Origin: Chrysomallon squamiferum
Taxonomy: Eukaryota > Animalia > Mollusca
Direction of reading: 5' to 3'
Length of the DNA: 64,000 nt
Assembly: GCA_012295275.1 (NCBI GenBank)
Contig: CM022667.1
Coordinates: 12,896,001-12,960,000 of the forward strand
Part shown: positions 1-12,149 of the stretch, one piece after another
Layout of the letters: each line of letters starts with the position of its first letter
Position numbering within the stretch: position 1 is the stretch's first letter
The notes under the pieces: model-generated
The model's input: only the letters and a program-made list of their open reading frames with translations
Databases searched by the model: none
Told to the model about the DNA's origin: nothing
Translations under genes and position numbers: made by a program

Positions 1-79
1 AAACTTCCTCCAGCTCTTATCACAACCCTGAGAATTCTTCACACACTCGTCATCAGTCCTCAAACCAAGTTTCCTCAAG
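1..79 (+). CDS. VIRMA: VIRMA exon (partial): [26 protein letters not shown]
   Basis: Open frame 1; donor AAG|GTATT at 79/80, phase 1, matches the next exon. Confidence 0.8.
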
Positions 80-3000
80 GTATTATTCCTCAGACACAGT
101 TTACTTAACTTAGTTAGTCCTTCAGCCTGACTTGTGTAATCTGTTCACTTCCAAAACCTAGTGTACTTAATCTCTGTAGTCCCCAAACTTAGTTTACTTA
201 GTCTATTTAATCCTCAAACTTGGTTTACTTAAACTATTTAGTATTAAAACCAAGTTTACTTAATGATAATCTATTCAGTCCTCAAATTTACTGAATGTGT
301 TACATAACCAGAAATGTATATGATAATTATGGACTAGACCCCAGTCTGAACATTTTTTAATGGTATACTTTGTTATGAGTGATGATATATCATCCAAAAC
401 AATAAAATAATAACATGAAAGCATAACTGGGGAATAACTGATTATGGTCTTAGGATCTCAGTTTAATCTTGCTAAGGTAAGAATGGTGTAATTCAGAGAG
501 GCTATGCCATTTGACCTGAGCAGGACAAAGCTGATAACCAGTCTTTTTTTCATTTCCTTTTATTCTGAATCCTACATACTACAAAAACTAAATATATGTA
601 ATTAATTGTTTTCATTCTCATCTCACTGCTCTTGATCAGTTTCATGTATATTGGTTTTGATGTCACTTACACTTCAAAACAAAATAGTTCTTAAATAATG
701 AAAAATTATTTGTTATTTTTGGGATGATTGTTTATTCACACTTATTATACTATTATGCTTTGTATTTATGGGGTGTTTTGTGTGTTTTTTAAACTTAAAT
801 TTTATTATTTTAGATCAGCTGACAGAACTAAAATACAAGTATGCTCTACTGGAAATGTACAGTGAGGAGTGTTTTCCAATTCTACTTGGTTTTCTTCAGG
901 TTAGACTCATCATCCTCATCCTCATCATCATCATCATCATCATCATCATTATAATTATTATTATTATATTACAGTATTCAGAAAATCATTAGCTGCTGTT
1001 TCTAAAAATAGAACAACTGTTTATATATTTAAAGAGAAAGACAAATTTATTTGAAATAAAAATTATATTAGATAAATTCTAAACCTTAACCTTAAAAAAA
1101 AGATGAAGAAGAAGAAGAAAATAAGAGAAATTAATGAGTTCAGTAAGTTAAAAAAATGATTTGATTTTTTTAAATAATAAAAAAATTAATAATAATAAGA
1201 AACAATAAACTTGTAGCAATCAAAATTATCTGAAAGATGAAATTACAAAACTCGGTGTTATGTCTGAAATGTTGTTTCAGAAATTGATCTTACCTTATAA
1301 ATTAAATCTGAAACATGAAACTGTTTCACGGATGCTCATTTTTAAGTTTGCTCTTTCAGAAACTGAGTGAGTCTTTGCTGCGTCCATGGCAACAAGGTTT
1401 GCGACTGAACAATGAACAGCTGATGTTGCATCTCGCTATAATACAGCCATCTCTCGCCATTGTCCGCAAAACTCTGTGTGAACTCATTGGAGCTACAGGC
1501 AGAGAGGTGATGACTCTTGTATTGTACAGAGCAATGGATGAATGAATGGATGCATGGATGGATGGATAATTGAAAGAACAAATGAACATATGAGTGTGAA
1601 GAATAAAATAGTGGAAATGGAATGAACAAATGGTTTTGCATAGATGAATGAATGAATAAGGGAGTGCAAATTAGATGAAAAGTGAATGAATATAAAGAAT
1701 GGATGAGAGTGAAGAAATGGATAAAACAAATGAATTGGTAGATGGATGAATGAATTAAAACTAATTAATAAATGAATAAATAAATGAACAGTTAAAAATG
1801 GCATCTTATAAACAACTTATCTTTTGTTTTATCAATGTAGATTCATATTTTATTTTTATTTTTATTTTATTTTTTTTGTTGCCAGGAAGAAACGAATAAT
1901 AAAATAAATTTATTTAGATATGAAAATTTATTGTTAATTTTTTTATTTTATTTTTTTTCAGTTCAAGGACCTGACAGCTCTTCCAGTGTTGTTTGAACTT
2001 TACACTGTGACATGCTCTGTTCCACTCTCACTGATGCACAGCCAGGAACTGTCCAAGGTAATTTAATTTAATTTAATTAAATATCTATAGATACTTTTAG
2101 TTCATTATTTATTACAATGCTATTTAAAATTTTTATCACTTTTGAATATGTACCAACATTTATGCACATATATAGATAAAGACAAACTAGGCTAAAGTGC
2201 AAAGTTTTTCTTTATTTCTTTTCTTATGTTTTTTGTTTCTAATGATAAAACTTTAAAAAAAAATTACATCACATATCAGTTTATCCCAGTTGAAATTCCT
2301 CACAGTGTACATAAAAGTGTGAGCTGTCCACAGACCAGTTAGTGTCATTGTTTTAGCCAAAGATTATCAATACCCCAATCAAAATCTATGAAATAATTGA
2401 AGTTTTATACTAGTTTGACTGAAATCTTTTTGAGAAATAAGAGTGAAATAAAGTGACTGTGACAGAAAATCAAAAATCCACAAATTAGCACATTCACTAG
2501 CTCAAAATAGCTGCTTGCATATTTGTAGTTTTTTTTGTGTGGCATCACAGATATAAATAACGCTCACAACACATTTAAACAGACTGTTTTTAAATATTTT
2601 ATAAAACTTTTCATTTTATTTTCACCTCAGATTTTACATTGGCTGTTAAAGAAAAAGTAAAAATTATTGTTTTACTGACTGTATCTTTATCTTTGTATTA
2701 CATATTAAATTTCAGATATTTTCATTGTAAATAAGATTTTTTAAAAACCCAGATATTTAATATATTTTATCTAATGTAACGAAATATAAATATTGGGTTG
2801 TTATATTTTTTTATAATGCATAAGACACTTTTTTTGTAAATCTCAGTGCAACTTCATAATTGACAAACCTGAAGGTGTTTGCTTTATCTCGCATTTCTGT
2901 TTTTAGGAAGTTAATATTAGTTTTTTTTAAAATACGACCCAAATTCTTAGTTATATACTAGCTATGTTTAGTATTGCAGTTTGTTGTTAATGTTTTTCTA

Positions 3001-6000
3001 AAATTTAAAACACAGATACAGAAGGAAATTATTGACTGTATTCTGGCTTACACTCAGCCCACTCTTGACCCACAGGCTCAGACAGAAGATGGTGAGAAAA
3101 TCTCTTATGTATTATCATTAATTTAGCTAATTCTATTATTTCACTTTCACTTATATTCATAAATGAGAACAAAAGAAAAATGGGTCCTGACTGTAGAATG
3201 TTGTATGATATAGAGACGGTTTATTTGAAAAATATGATCCCTATGGCATACACAAATATGAAATAATATTTTTGTAATTTCAGATATTTTTTTTTAAGTG
3301 ACATTTCTACTGTCACTCCAGTGTTAATTAATTATTATTTTGTTGTCATATTTTATTATAAGTTTAGATTGGCCTTTGACAATTTAATAAACTGGAATGT
3401 TATTTGACTATTTGTTCATACATCTTTAGGCATTTTCATTGTGTTTCTAAATTGCCTTAATAGTAAGTTCATCAGCTTTGATATTTTATCTGTTTTGAAA
3501 TTTAAACATAAAATAACAGTCTTCAAAATTATGTTAACAGTAACTTTGAGGTTTATTACAAGATATTTTCAGGTTTGGGAGATAATGTTTTTATTTCTTT
3601 GTTTTGTTTGTAGCCCTGAGTCAGAGTCTGTGGACTAAAACTGTGGGAGAGTTGTTAAAGTACACTGTGAAAATGCCGTACGCCTATCTCAGTGGACTTC
3701 TCATCCTCTCCGAAATACTTCCACTGCCTCTTCCACTGCAGTCAAAACAGGTGGACTTTTATAGAAAATTTATTCTTTGAAATACTTCTGTTATCACTGT
3801 CAATGAAGTCAAAACAGGTTGGGCTTTTCTAGAAAATTTATCCTTGTCTGAAATACTTCCATTATCACCATTTCTACAGTCAAAACAGGTGGGCTTTTCT
3901 AGAAAGTTTATCCTTTTCTGAAATACTTCCATTATCACCATTTCTACAGTCAAAACAGTGGGCTTTTCTAGAAAATGTATCCTTGTCTGAAATACTTCCA
4001 TTGCCTCTTCCACAGCAGTCAAAACAGGTTGGGTTTTTGTCAAGAAATTGTATTTTTTCTATGAAATGTTTCTGTTAACACTGTCAGTGCAGACAAAACA
4101 GTGGGCTTTTCTTAGTTTTAAATTTTTATCAAATGAAAATGAAAAAGTTTCAAAACAAAATAGTGTTATTTTCATTTGTTTGTGTCAATTATTTTATTTA
4201 TAAATTTAAAACATATTTTTTAGAAATTTTATTATTTCAAATGTTTCATGGAAATTTCCACTAGTATTGAACTCTAAACATCAGCTGTTCTTTGTTTTAT
4301 TTATTTATTTATTTATTTAGTTTTATTTATCAAGGCTCTAACAGATTGGAAGGTTTGTACATGCCTTGAACTCTAGAAAGTTATTTTTGCTCACCTTATC
4401 TATAATACATATATATTTTAATTATAAACATATAGAAAAAATTGGTAGGTTTGTTACATGTTTCTCTGTAGCATTCTTTTTTAATATCACATCTATAATA
4501 CATATATATTTTAATTATAAACATATGAAGTCAAAAAGTTAGTATAACAGTTACAATAAAGCTAATAATTTAATATCACATCGCTAATACATCACATTAT
4601 AAATATATGAAGTTAAAAGTAAGTATAATAAAACAGTGATAATGAAAGGAATAAAATAATTTTGTTAATCTTTAAATATCTAGTTTAACAGAACATTTTT
4701 ATTTTTCTTAATTTTTTAAAAATTAGGTTTTGACATAAATTGTAAAGTAAAATTATTATTATTATTATTATTATTATTATTGCAGTTATTTTTTATAAAG
4801 AATTTAGTTAAATATTTGATTATCACAAGCTTGAGTTTAAGAGAATTTCTTTTTATTGTCGTTATTAGATAATTGTTTAATAATAATAACAATAACAATA
4901 ATATTTCTGTTCTTTTTATAGCAAAAATTATCAAGTTCTGTTTTGAAAATGTTTAATTTAAAACAAAGTAGGTACAGTCTTTATTTCACTTATTCAGGCT
5001 CGAGTTGCCAGCCAGTGCAACACATGATAAGACGAGTCTGTTGTCAGTTGGCAGATCTGGCTGCGCCCACCTCCACGATGCTCACCAAGTAAGTTGACAT
5101 CTGAGCTTTGTGCAGTCACAGAATCACGTCTCTCTTAGAAGTGTCACTTTTTACATTTCTTGTGTCATGTGTTAGATTACTGATAGTTTAAAGTGGGTTT
5201 TTTTCTCCTGTTTAAGACTAAGTGACAGCTAGTTAATATTTTATTGTTTGTTTTATTTTTAAAATGTTCTGTTTTAAAAAATATTTTTATAGATGAAATA
5301 TCTTCTAAACAGTAAGAGTTATAACTAGTGAACATGTAGTTATTTTAATTGTTGTTCAATGTGAAGCCCTTGATATTAATTTAAATGTTGTATTTTTATT
5401 TTATTTTTGAATGATTTGAAAAAAAAAAAAAAATCTTAATATTTAAAACAAAAATCTTTGATGTTCTACATTTCAGCTCTTGATATTTATTAATTTTGAT
5501 ATTTGATAATTTATTTTATTTTTTTTTTTAACATTAATTTTAATATTATTTCTGTTTTGTTTTGCTGTTCTTTATAAATAATTCTTCTTAATATTTTACT
5601 ATTTGTTTTGATGTGAGAACTTGATATTTATTAATTTCAAAACTTTTATTTTATTTTTTCAATGTTCCATAAATAATTCTTACGATTTTTTTTTAAAATT
5701 TATTTTTACGTTCACTAAATTGAGATTTTATTTGTAGATGCTTTGTGGACATTCTGCTCAGCAATCTGAACTGTAAAAAGGAATCGGAGGGTTCGGAAGA
5801 GAAGAAAGAAGGGGATGCAGTGGACCATGATGGTTTTGAGACTTTGTCCTGCACGCAACATGTGGGCAAAGTGTTCAACCTGCTGGCCTACCTCATGTCC
5901 CAGCCTGCCATAAAAACATCCATGCTGGACATCATCAGAGGGTCAGTATCAACACTGTCCAAGTTTTAATAACAGAAGCTATACCAATCTTTGACGATTG

Positions 6001-6179
6001 TTATGTTTTTTGTTGAAATCTGCTAAGGACTTTGTGTGTGTAATTAGTAAATTGAAGGAGGAGGCTGGCTGACTTAATTAGTTTGCTCCGGTTTTGATTG
6101 GAATTTTGATCTAAAGATGTTTTTAAAAAAAAATATTTTTCTCTATACTTGTGTTCATTGTGTGCTTATATATGTGTGT

Positions 6180-6214
<35 letters not shown>

Positions 6215-9200
6215 GGTGGGTGTGTTTTGGCCTGGATGTTCATAATATTTCTTATGCCTTTAACACCAGCCTTTGCTCATGTGTATATTTTTGACTGCAA
6301 AATAAAAATAAACAACAAAAATATAAAATAAATAATAATACATTTCACTATAAATGAAGAAAATTATAATAATAATAATAATAATAATAATAAAATAAAA
6401 TAAAAATTAATAACAACATTATTTTATTTAGTTTTACGATTTTTCTCTTTAACCCTATTTAATCTAAGTTTTTTTGTTCGCGTTTTGTTTCAGGTCTTTG
6501 GAAGAAGAAAACTATTCTCGCTTGCTGCCATGTTTTCTGCAGATGTTGAATCACGTGTCAGACAAACCAGCACACAACAGTGCTCAGGAGTGTATAGTGG
6601 TTAGTTACCACCTTTTATATCCATCTCTTTATGTTCCCTTTAGACATTTCATCTTCCATGTGTTTTGTTAAGTTTTACTTCATTTTTTTAGCTTTTCTTT
6701 TTCTCTCAGTTGTTTTGTGCTCATTTCTTTCGTGTTTCCCCGTGTAACTGTTTTTGTGTTACATGTCGATCAGTATTCCAGTGAGTCTGTATCTGTTTTA
6801 ATGTGTAGGTGTGTCTTAATTTGTAAAACAAATTTTGTTTATTATTCATCTGTTTATTTATAATGTTGTGTATGAAATGTTTATTTGTTTACGTTGCTTA
6901 TTCTTTATTTTATAATTGATCTGTTTTGTTTCTACAAGACCTGTTTTCATTCTACAAGTTTACGAGTATCTGTTTGATTATTTTCAGAGTATTCTGCTGA
7001 ATCTGTGTGACCCAGAGATCACCCTCGTGTCACCAGAGTCCAAGATGTCATTACCTGAACAGGTACGAGGACTTTCCACATTATTACATTATTAAAAACT
7101 CTTATGATTGTTAGAAAGAAATTTCTTTTGTAAACATTTGTCATGCAGCTCTTGAATGCTGTGGCGGTGCTTGTCTTACACAGATAAATTTTCAAATTTT
7201 TATAACAGTACTGTAATGTCTGTAATAACTACTCTACTGTTATTATTATTTAAATTACTACTGTTATTATTACAATTATTACTGCAACAGCTACTACTCC
7301 TACTACCACCACTACTGTTACTACTACTAACTTTGATAACTATTCTACTCCCATTATTAATTTAATAGTATGTATTATTATAACTATTAGTTTAATCTAA
7401 CTGTTACTAAGTTTAATTGTCATAACTGCTTTTACTATTATTACTACTATTATCATTACTGATGCTACCACCATTACAACAACAACTACGACCATTGTAA
7501 CTCTACTACTACTACTTTTACTACTTTTTCTACTTTTACCACTATAATTCATCTACTACCATCTTCAGGACAGTCTTAACTACTGCTCCTTATACTGCAA
7601 ATCCTTGCTGAAGTTTGAAGTATTTTAATGATCAGCTAAATGTGTGGGTGTTTTTCAGCTCGCCAACTCCTTGCCAGGAGGAGAGAACCTGAGTTTGATT
7701 GTGAATGCTTTGTTAGAACACATCAGCAACAGGGACCATTCCTACGCCACCATCTTGCCTTGTGTCAGGACGCTGGTCATGCTAACTGACCACGATTACG
7801 GCTTTTATCATGTTTACAGGTAATACGATTGTCAGTGTTATTTGTTAAGAAACTGAAGTAAAAATCAGAAATATTTTTGTGGTGACGATTTTTCTGTTGT
7901 TTTTTTTTAATATAAATTGGAGTAACATACATTTCATTATAGTTCAGGATAGTGGAATGTATAAAAAAATAACACTAATGAGATGTAGTAATAGAAATAT
8001 TAATAATTAAAAAAAATGTTAAGAATAATAATTAAAAATTAAAAATAATATAAAAAAAAATAATCATGATAAAAATAAACGAATTTGTAAAATAATGATT
8101 TCTTCTTAAAATATTAAATTATGTAAATATCATTTTCATTTATAAAATGTATTAATTTGTATTTGTTTATTTCAATGGTTTAAAGAAGATTTCCAGCGTT
8201 TTTAACAATCTTCTGATATTTATTTATTTCAGTGGTTTAAAGATTTCCAGCATTTTTAACAATCTGCTGATATTTATTTATTTCAGTGGTTTAAAGATTT
8301 CCAGCATTTTTAACAATCTGCTGATATTTATTTATTTCAGTGGTTTAAAGATTTCCAGCGTTTTTAATAATCTGCTGATATTTATTTATTTCAGTGGTTT
8401 AAAGATTTCCAGCTTGTTTAACAATCTGCTGATGTTTGTTTATTTATTTCAGTGGTTTAAAGAAGATTTCCAGTGTGTTTAACAATCTGCTGATATTTAT
8501 TTATTTATTTCAGTGGTTTAAAGAAGATTTCCAGCGTTTTTAACAATCTGCTGATATTTATTTATTTATTTCAGTGGTTTAAAGAAGATTTCCAGCGTTT
8601 TTAACAATCTGCTGATATTTATTTATTTCAGTGGTTTAAAGATTTCCAGCATTTTTAACAATCTGCTGATATTTATTTATTTCAGTGGTTTAAAGATTTC
8701 CAGCGTTTTTAATAATCTGCTGATATTTATTTATTTCAGTGGTTTAAAGATTTCCAGCTTGTTTAACAATCTGCTGATGTTTGTTTATTTATTTCAGTGG
8801 TTTAAAGAAGATTTCCAGTGTGTTTAACAATCTGCTGATATTTATTTATTTATTTCAGTGGTTTAAAGAAGATTACCAGCATGTTTAACAATCTGCTGAT
8901 ATTTATTTGTTTATTTCAGTGGTTTAAAGAAGATTTCCAGCGTGTTTAACAATCTGCTGATGTTTGTTTGTTTATTTCAGTGGTTTAAAGAAGATTACCA
9001 GCATGTTTAACAATCTGCTGATATTTATTTATTTATTTCAGTGGTTTAAAGAAGATTTCCAGCGTTTTTAACAATCTGCTGATATTTATTTATTTCAGTG
9101 GTTTAAAGATTTCCAGCATTTTTAACAATCTGCTGATAGTTATTTATTTCAGTGGTTTAAAGATTTCCAGCGTTTTTAATAATCTGCTTATATTTATTTA

Positions 9201-11254
9201 TTTAAGTGGTTTAAAGATTTCCAGCTTGTTTAACAATCTGCTGATGTTTGTTTATTTATTTCAGTGGTTTAAAGAAGATTTCCAGCGTTTTTAACAATCT
9301 GCTGATATTTGTTTGTTTATTTCAGTGGTTTAAAGAAGATTTCCAGCGTTTTTAACAATCTGCTGATATTTATTTATTTATTTATTTCAGTGGTTTAAAG
9401 AAGATTTCCAGTGTGTTTAACAATCTGCTGATATTTATTTATTTATTTCAGTGGTTTAAAGAAGATTACCAGCATGTTTAACAATCTGCTGATATTTATT
9501 TGTTTATTTCAGTGGTTTAAAGAAGATTTCCAGCGTGTTTAACAATCTGCTGATGTTTGTTTATTTATTTCAGTGGTTTAAAGAAGATTTCCAGCGTGTT
9601 TAACAATCTGCTGATGTTTGTTTATTTATTTCAGTGGTTTAAAGAAGATTTCCAGCGTGTTTAACAATCTGCTGATGTTTGTTTATTTCAGTGGTTTAAA
9701 GATGATTTCCAGTGTGTTTAACAATCTGCTGATGTTTGTTTATTTATTTCAGTGGTTTAAAGAAGATTTCCAGTGTGTTTAACAATCTGCTGATATTTAT
9801 TTATTTCAGTGGTTTAAAGAAGATTTCCAGCGTGTTTAACAATCTGCTGATTCGTATTTGTTTATTTATTTCAGTGGTTTAAAGAAGATTTCCAGCGTGT
9901 TTAACAATCTGCTGATTCGTATTTATTTATTTATTTCAGTGGTTTAAAGAAGATTTCCAGTGTTTTTAACAATCTGCTGATTCGTATAAACAACACGTTC
10001 AGCAAGGACAGTTCAGACTGTCTGTCCACTCTCTCTACCAGCATCGAGTTTCTCCGACTTCTCGTCGTCGTGGAATCCTCGGTCATGGATCTGAGCTTCA
10101 CTAGGACCTACATGCTGACCACTCAGCAGCTGGCAGAGGTGCTGTCATGGCAACCTGGCATACAGCACCCTCTGGATGACCTTGAAAAATTACTAGAGGT
10201 GAGAGATTTATTGACTTCTGATTTCAAAATTTATTTTTTGTGGATTGATATTAGATCAATGTCTGGTATGTGTTTAAAGTAATTTCAACAGTTTGCATTA
10301 GGTATTTATTTTTGTTTATGTTTATTTGTATAGATATATCTTAGTGGTTTAAGTTGTGACTTCAGACACAATAGATTGCAAGATCTGTATACCACATCAG
10401 TTATAGCCAAGATACAACATTAATTTGCATGTATTTATATTGTTTGTTGTAAAGAACATGTTAAAACTTCCATGTTGATAACTGATGTCCACAGCTTATA
10501 AAATAACAACATAGATTTCATCTTTAGGCTATCATTAACATAACATGGCATTAAAATTCCTGTATGATTAAAAAGCACACACACAAACGCTCACACACAC
10601 ACACACAAATTTAACTATCAGTATTTAAATATTCACTTTAAAGTTCTGTCATTCTTTATATCTGATCTAATAATGAGTCAGTTTAGAGAATCAAATTTGT
10701 GCAGTTTAATTCTGCTACTCTGTTTGTAACCAGATGAGAGGGAAGGATGACTACAAAATAATGACAGTTAATTTTATTTGTTATGTGTGATGGTCTGTTT
10801 AGGAGTGTGCGAAGGAGGAGGAGTCCATAGACAGTCTGGTAGAGAGTATTCACTCGCTGATGAAAGTGTTGAGAGAGGCAGGCAGTGAGGAGGAGAGACG
10901 TGAGTTTTATACGTTCAACTGTGCATGTGCACAGACTTAAGACAGTCTCTCTGATATATATATATATATATATATAGATCTTACATAAAAATGTACATAT
11001 ACACATGGACACACACCAACATGCACAAGCACACATACACAGACACACACAGTGCATATATTTCCATGAATATAACAAAAAATCATTTTTGCACACACAC
11101 ACACACAGATCCATATGCATATATTTACATTAAAATGCAAAAAAGCAAACATGTATGTACATCCATACACTTATTCACATAAACAACACTCATAAATTGT
11201 TTTTTGTCTGCACACATATGCATTCACACACACACATACACATCACATAAAACA

Positions 11255-11307
<53 letters not shown>

Positions 11308-12098
11308 TCTCAGATGTTCAAACATATAAATATCTAAATACTTTTTCAGACTCATGCACACATTTTTGCAGAACCTCAAATACAACAGAATTTAAAAAAA
11401 ACTAAATTTCTTGCAGAGATTCCTGAGGTCACTCTCCCCAGCCCAGAACCCTTGAGCGAACTCTTTAACCAGAGAGTGGTGTTTGTCATTGCCGACGTGG
11501 AACAGGACAGGCTCAGTCCTACCTACTGGCTGGGGAATCCTGCACTGGAGGAGCCCGATCAGGAGCCTGATCTCATTGGGGTTAATCTGGAGGAGATGTG
11601 TTCACGATACTTCCCGGACTTTGCACTGGAGTTTGAGTTGAAGAAGGACTGCAGTCTGATTGGTATTGACGTTGTGAGGCCTAGACGACCGAAAGGGTAA
11701 GAAGTGGCAGAGAAAGAGAAAGCTTAAAGGAATAGCTGCAGAGAGAGAGAGAGAGATAGAAAGTAAATAGAAGACTGAAAGATTTGTAAGAAAGAAAGGT
11801 AGAATAAGAAAGACTAAAAAGAAAAAAGAAGAAGAAAAGTAAAGTAGTAAAGCATAAAGAGAAAGAAATAGAAAGTGAGAAAGCAACACTGATTTTCTTT
11901 ATTTGTGTCTCTGTGTGTGTGTGTGTGTCTGTGTGTGTGTGTAATAATATAATGAATTAAATATGTAGAACAATGCTATGTTAATTTGTTAAATGTTTTC
12001 AGATTAATTTTTTTGTTTAAATTTCAGAGATCGAAGACGTTCACATGAAATGATCAACATAAACAGAGGGCGACGTGGTGGACGACCATTTGGTAAAT

Positions 12099-12149
<51 letters not shown>

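Noticed and set aside
3759-4043. 94-aa repetitive minus-strand ORF
   Set aside because: Antisense reading of the 70-bp donor array, with no domain or gene context.
8158-9985. CRISPR-like appearance of the regular 54-65-bp array
   Set aside because: There are no unique spacers, units are head-to-tail copies of a splice junction, no cas genes are present, and the context is a eukaryotic intron.
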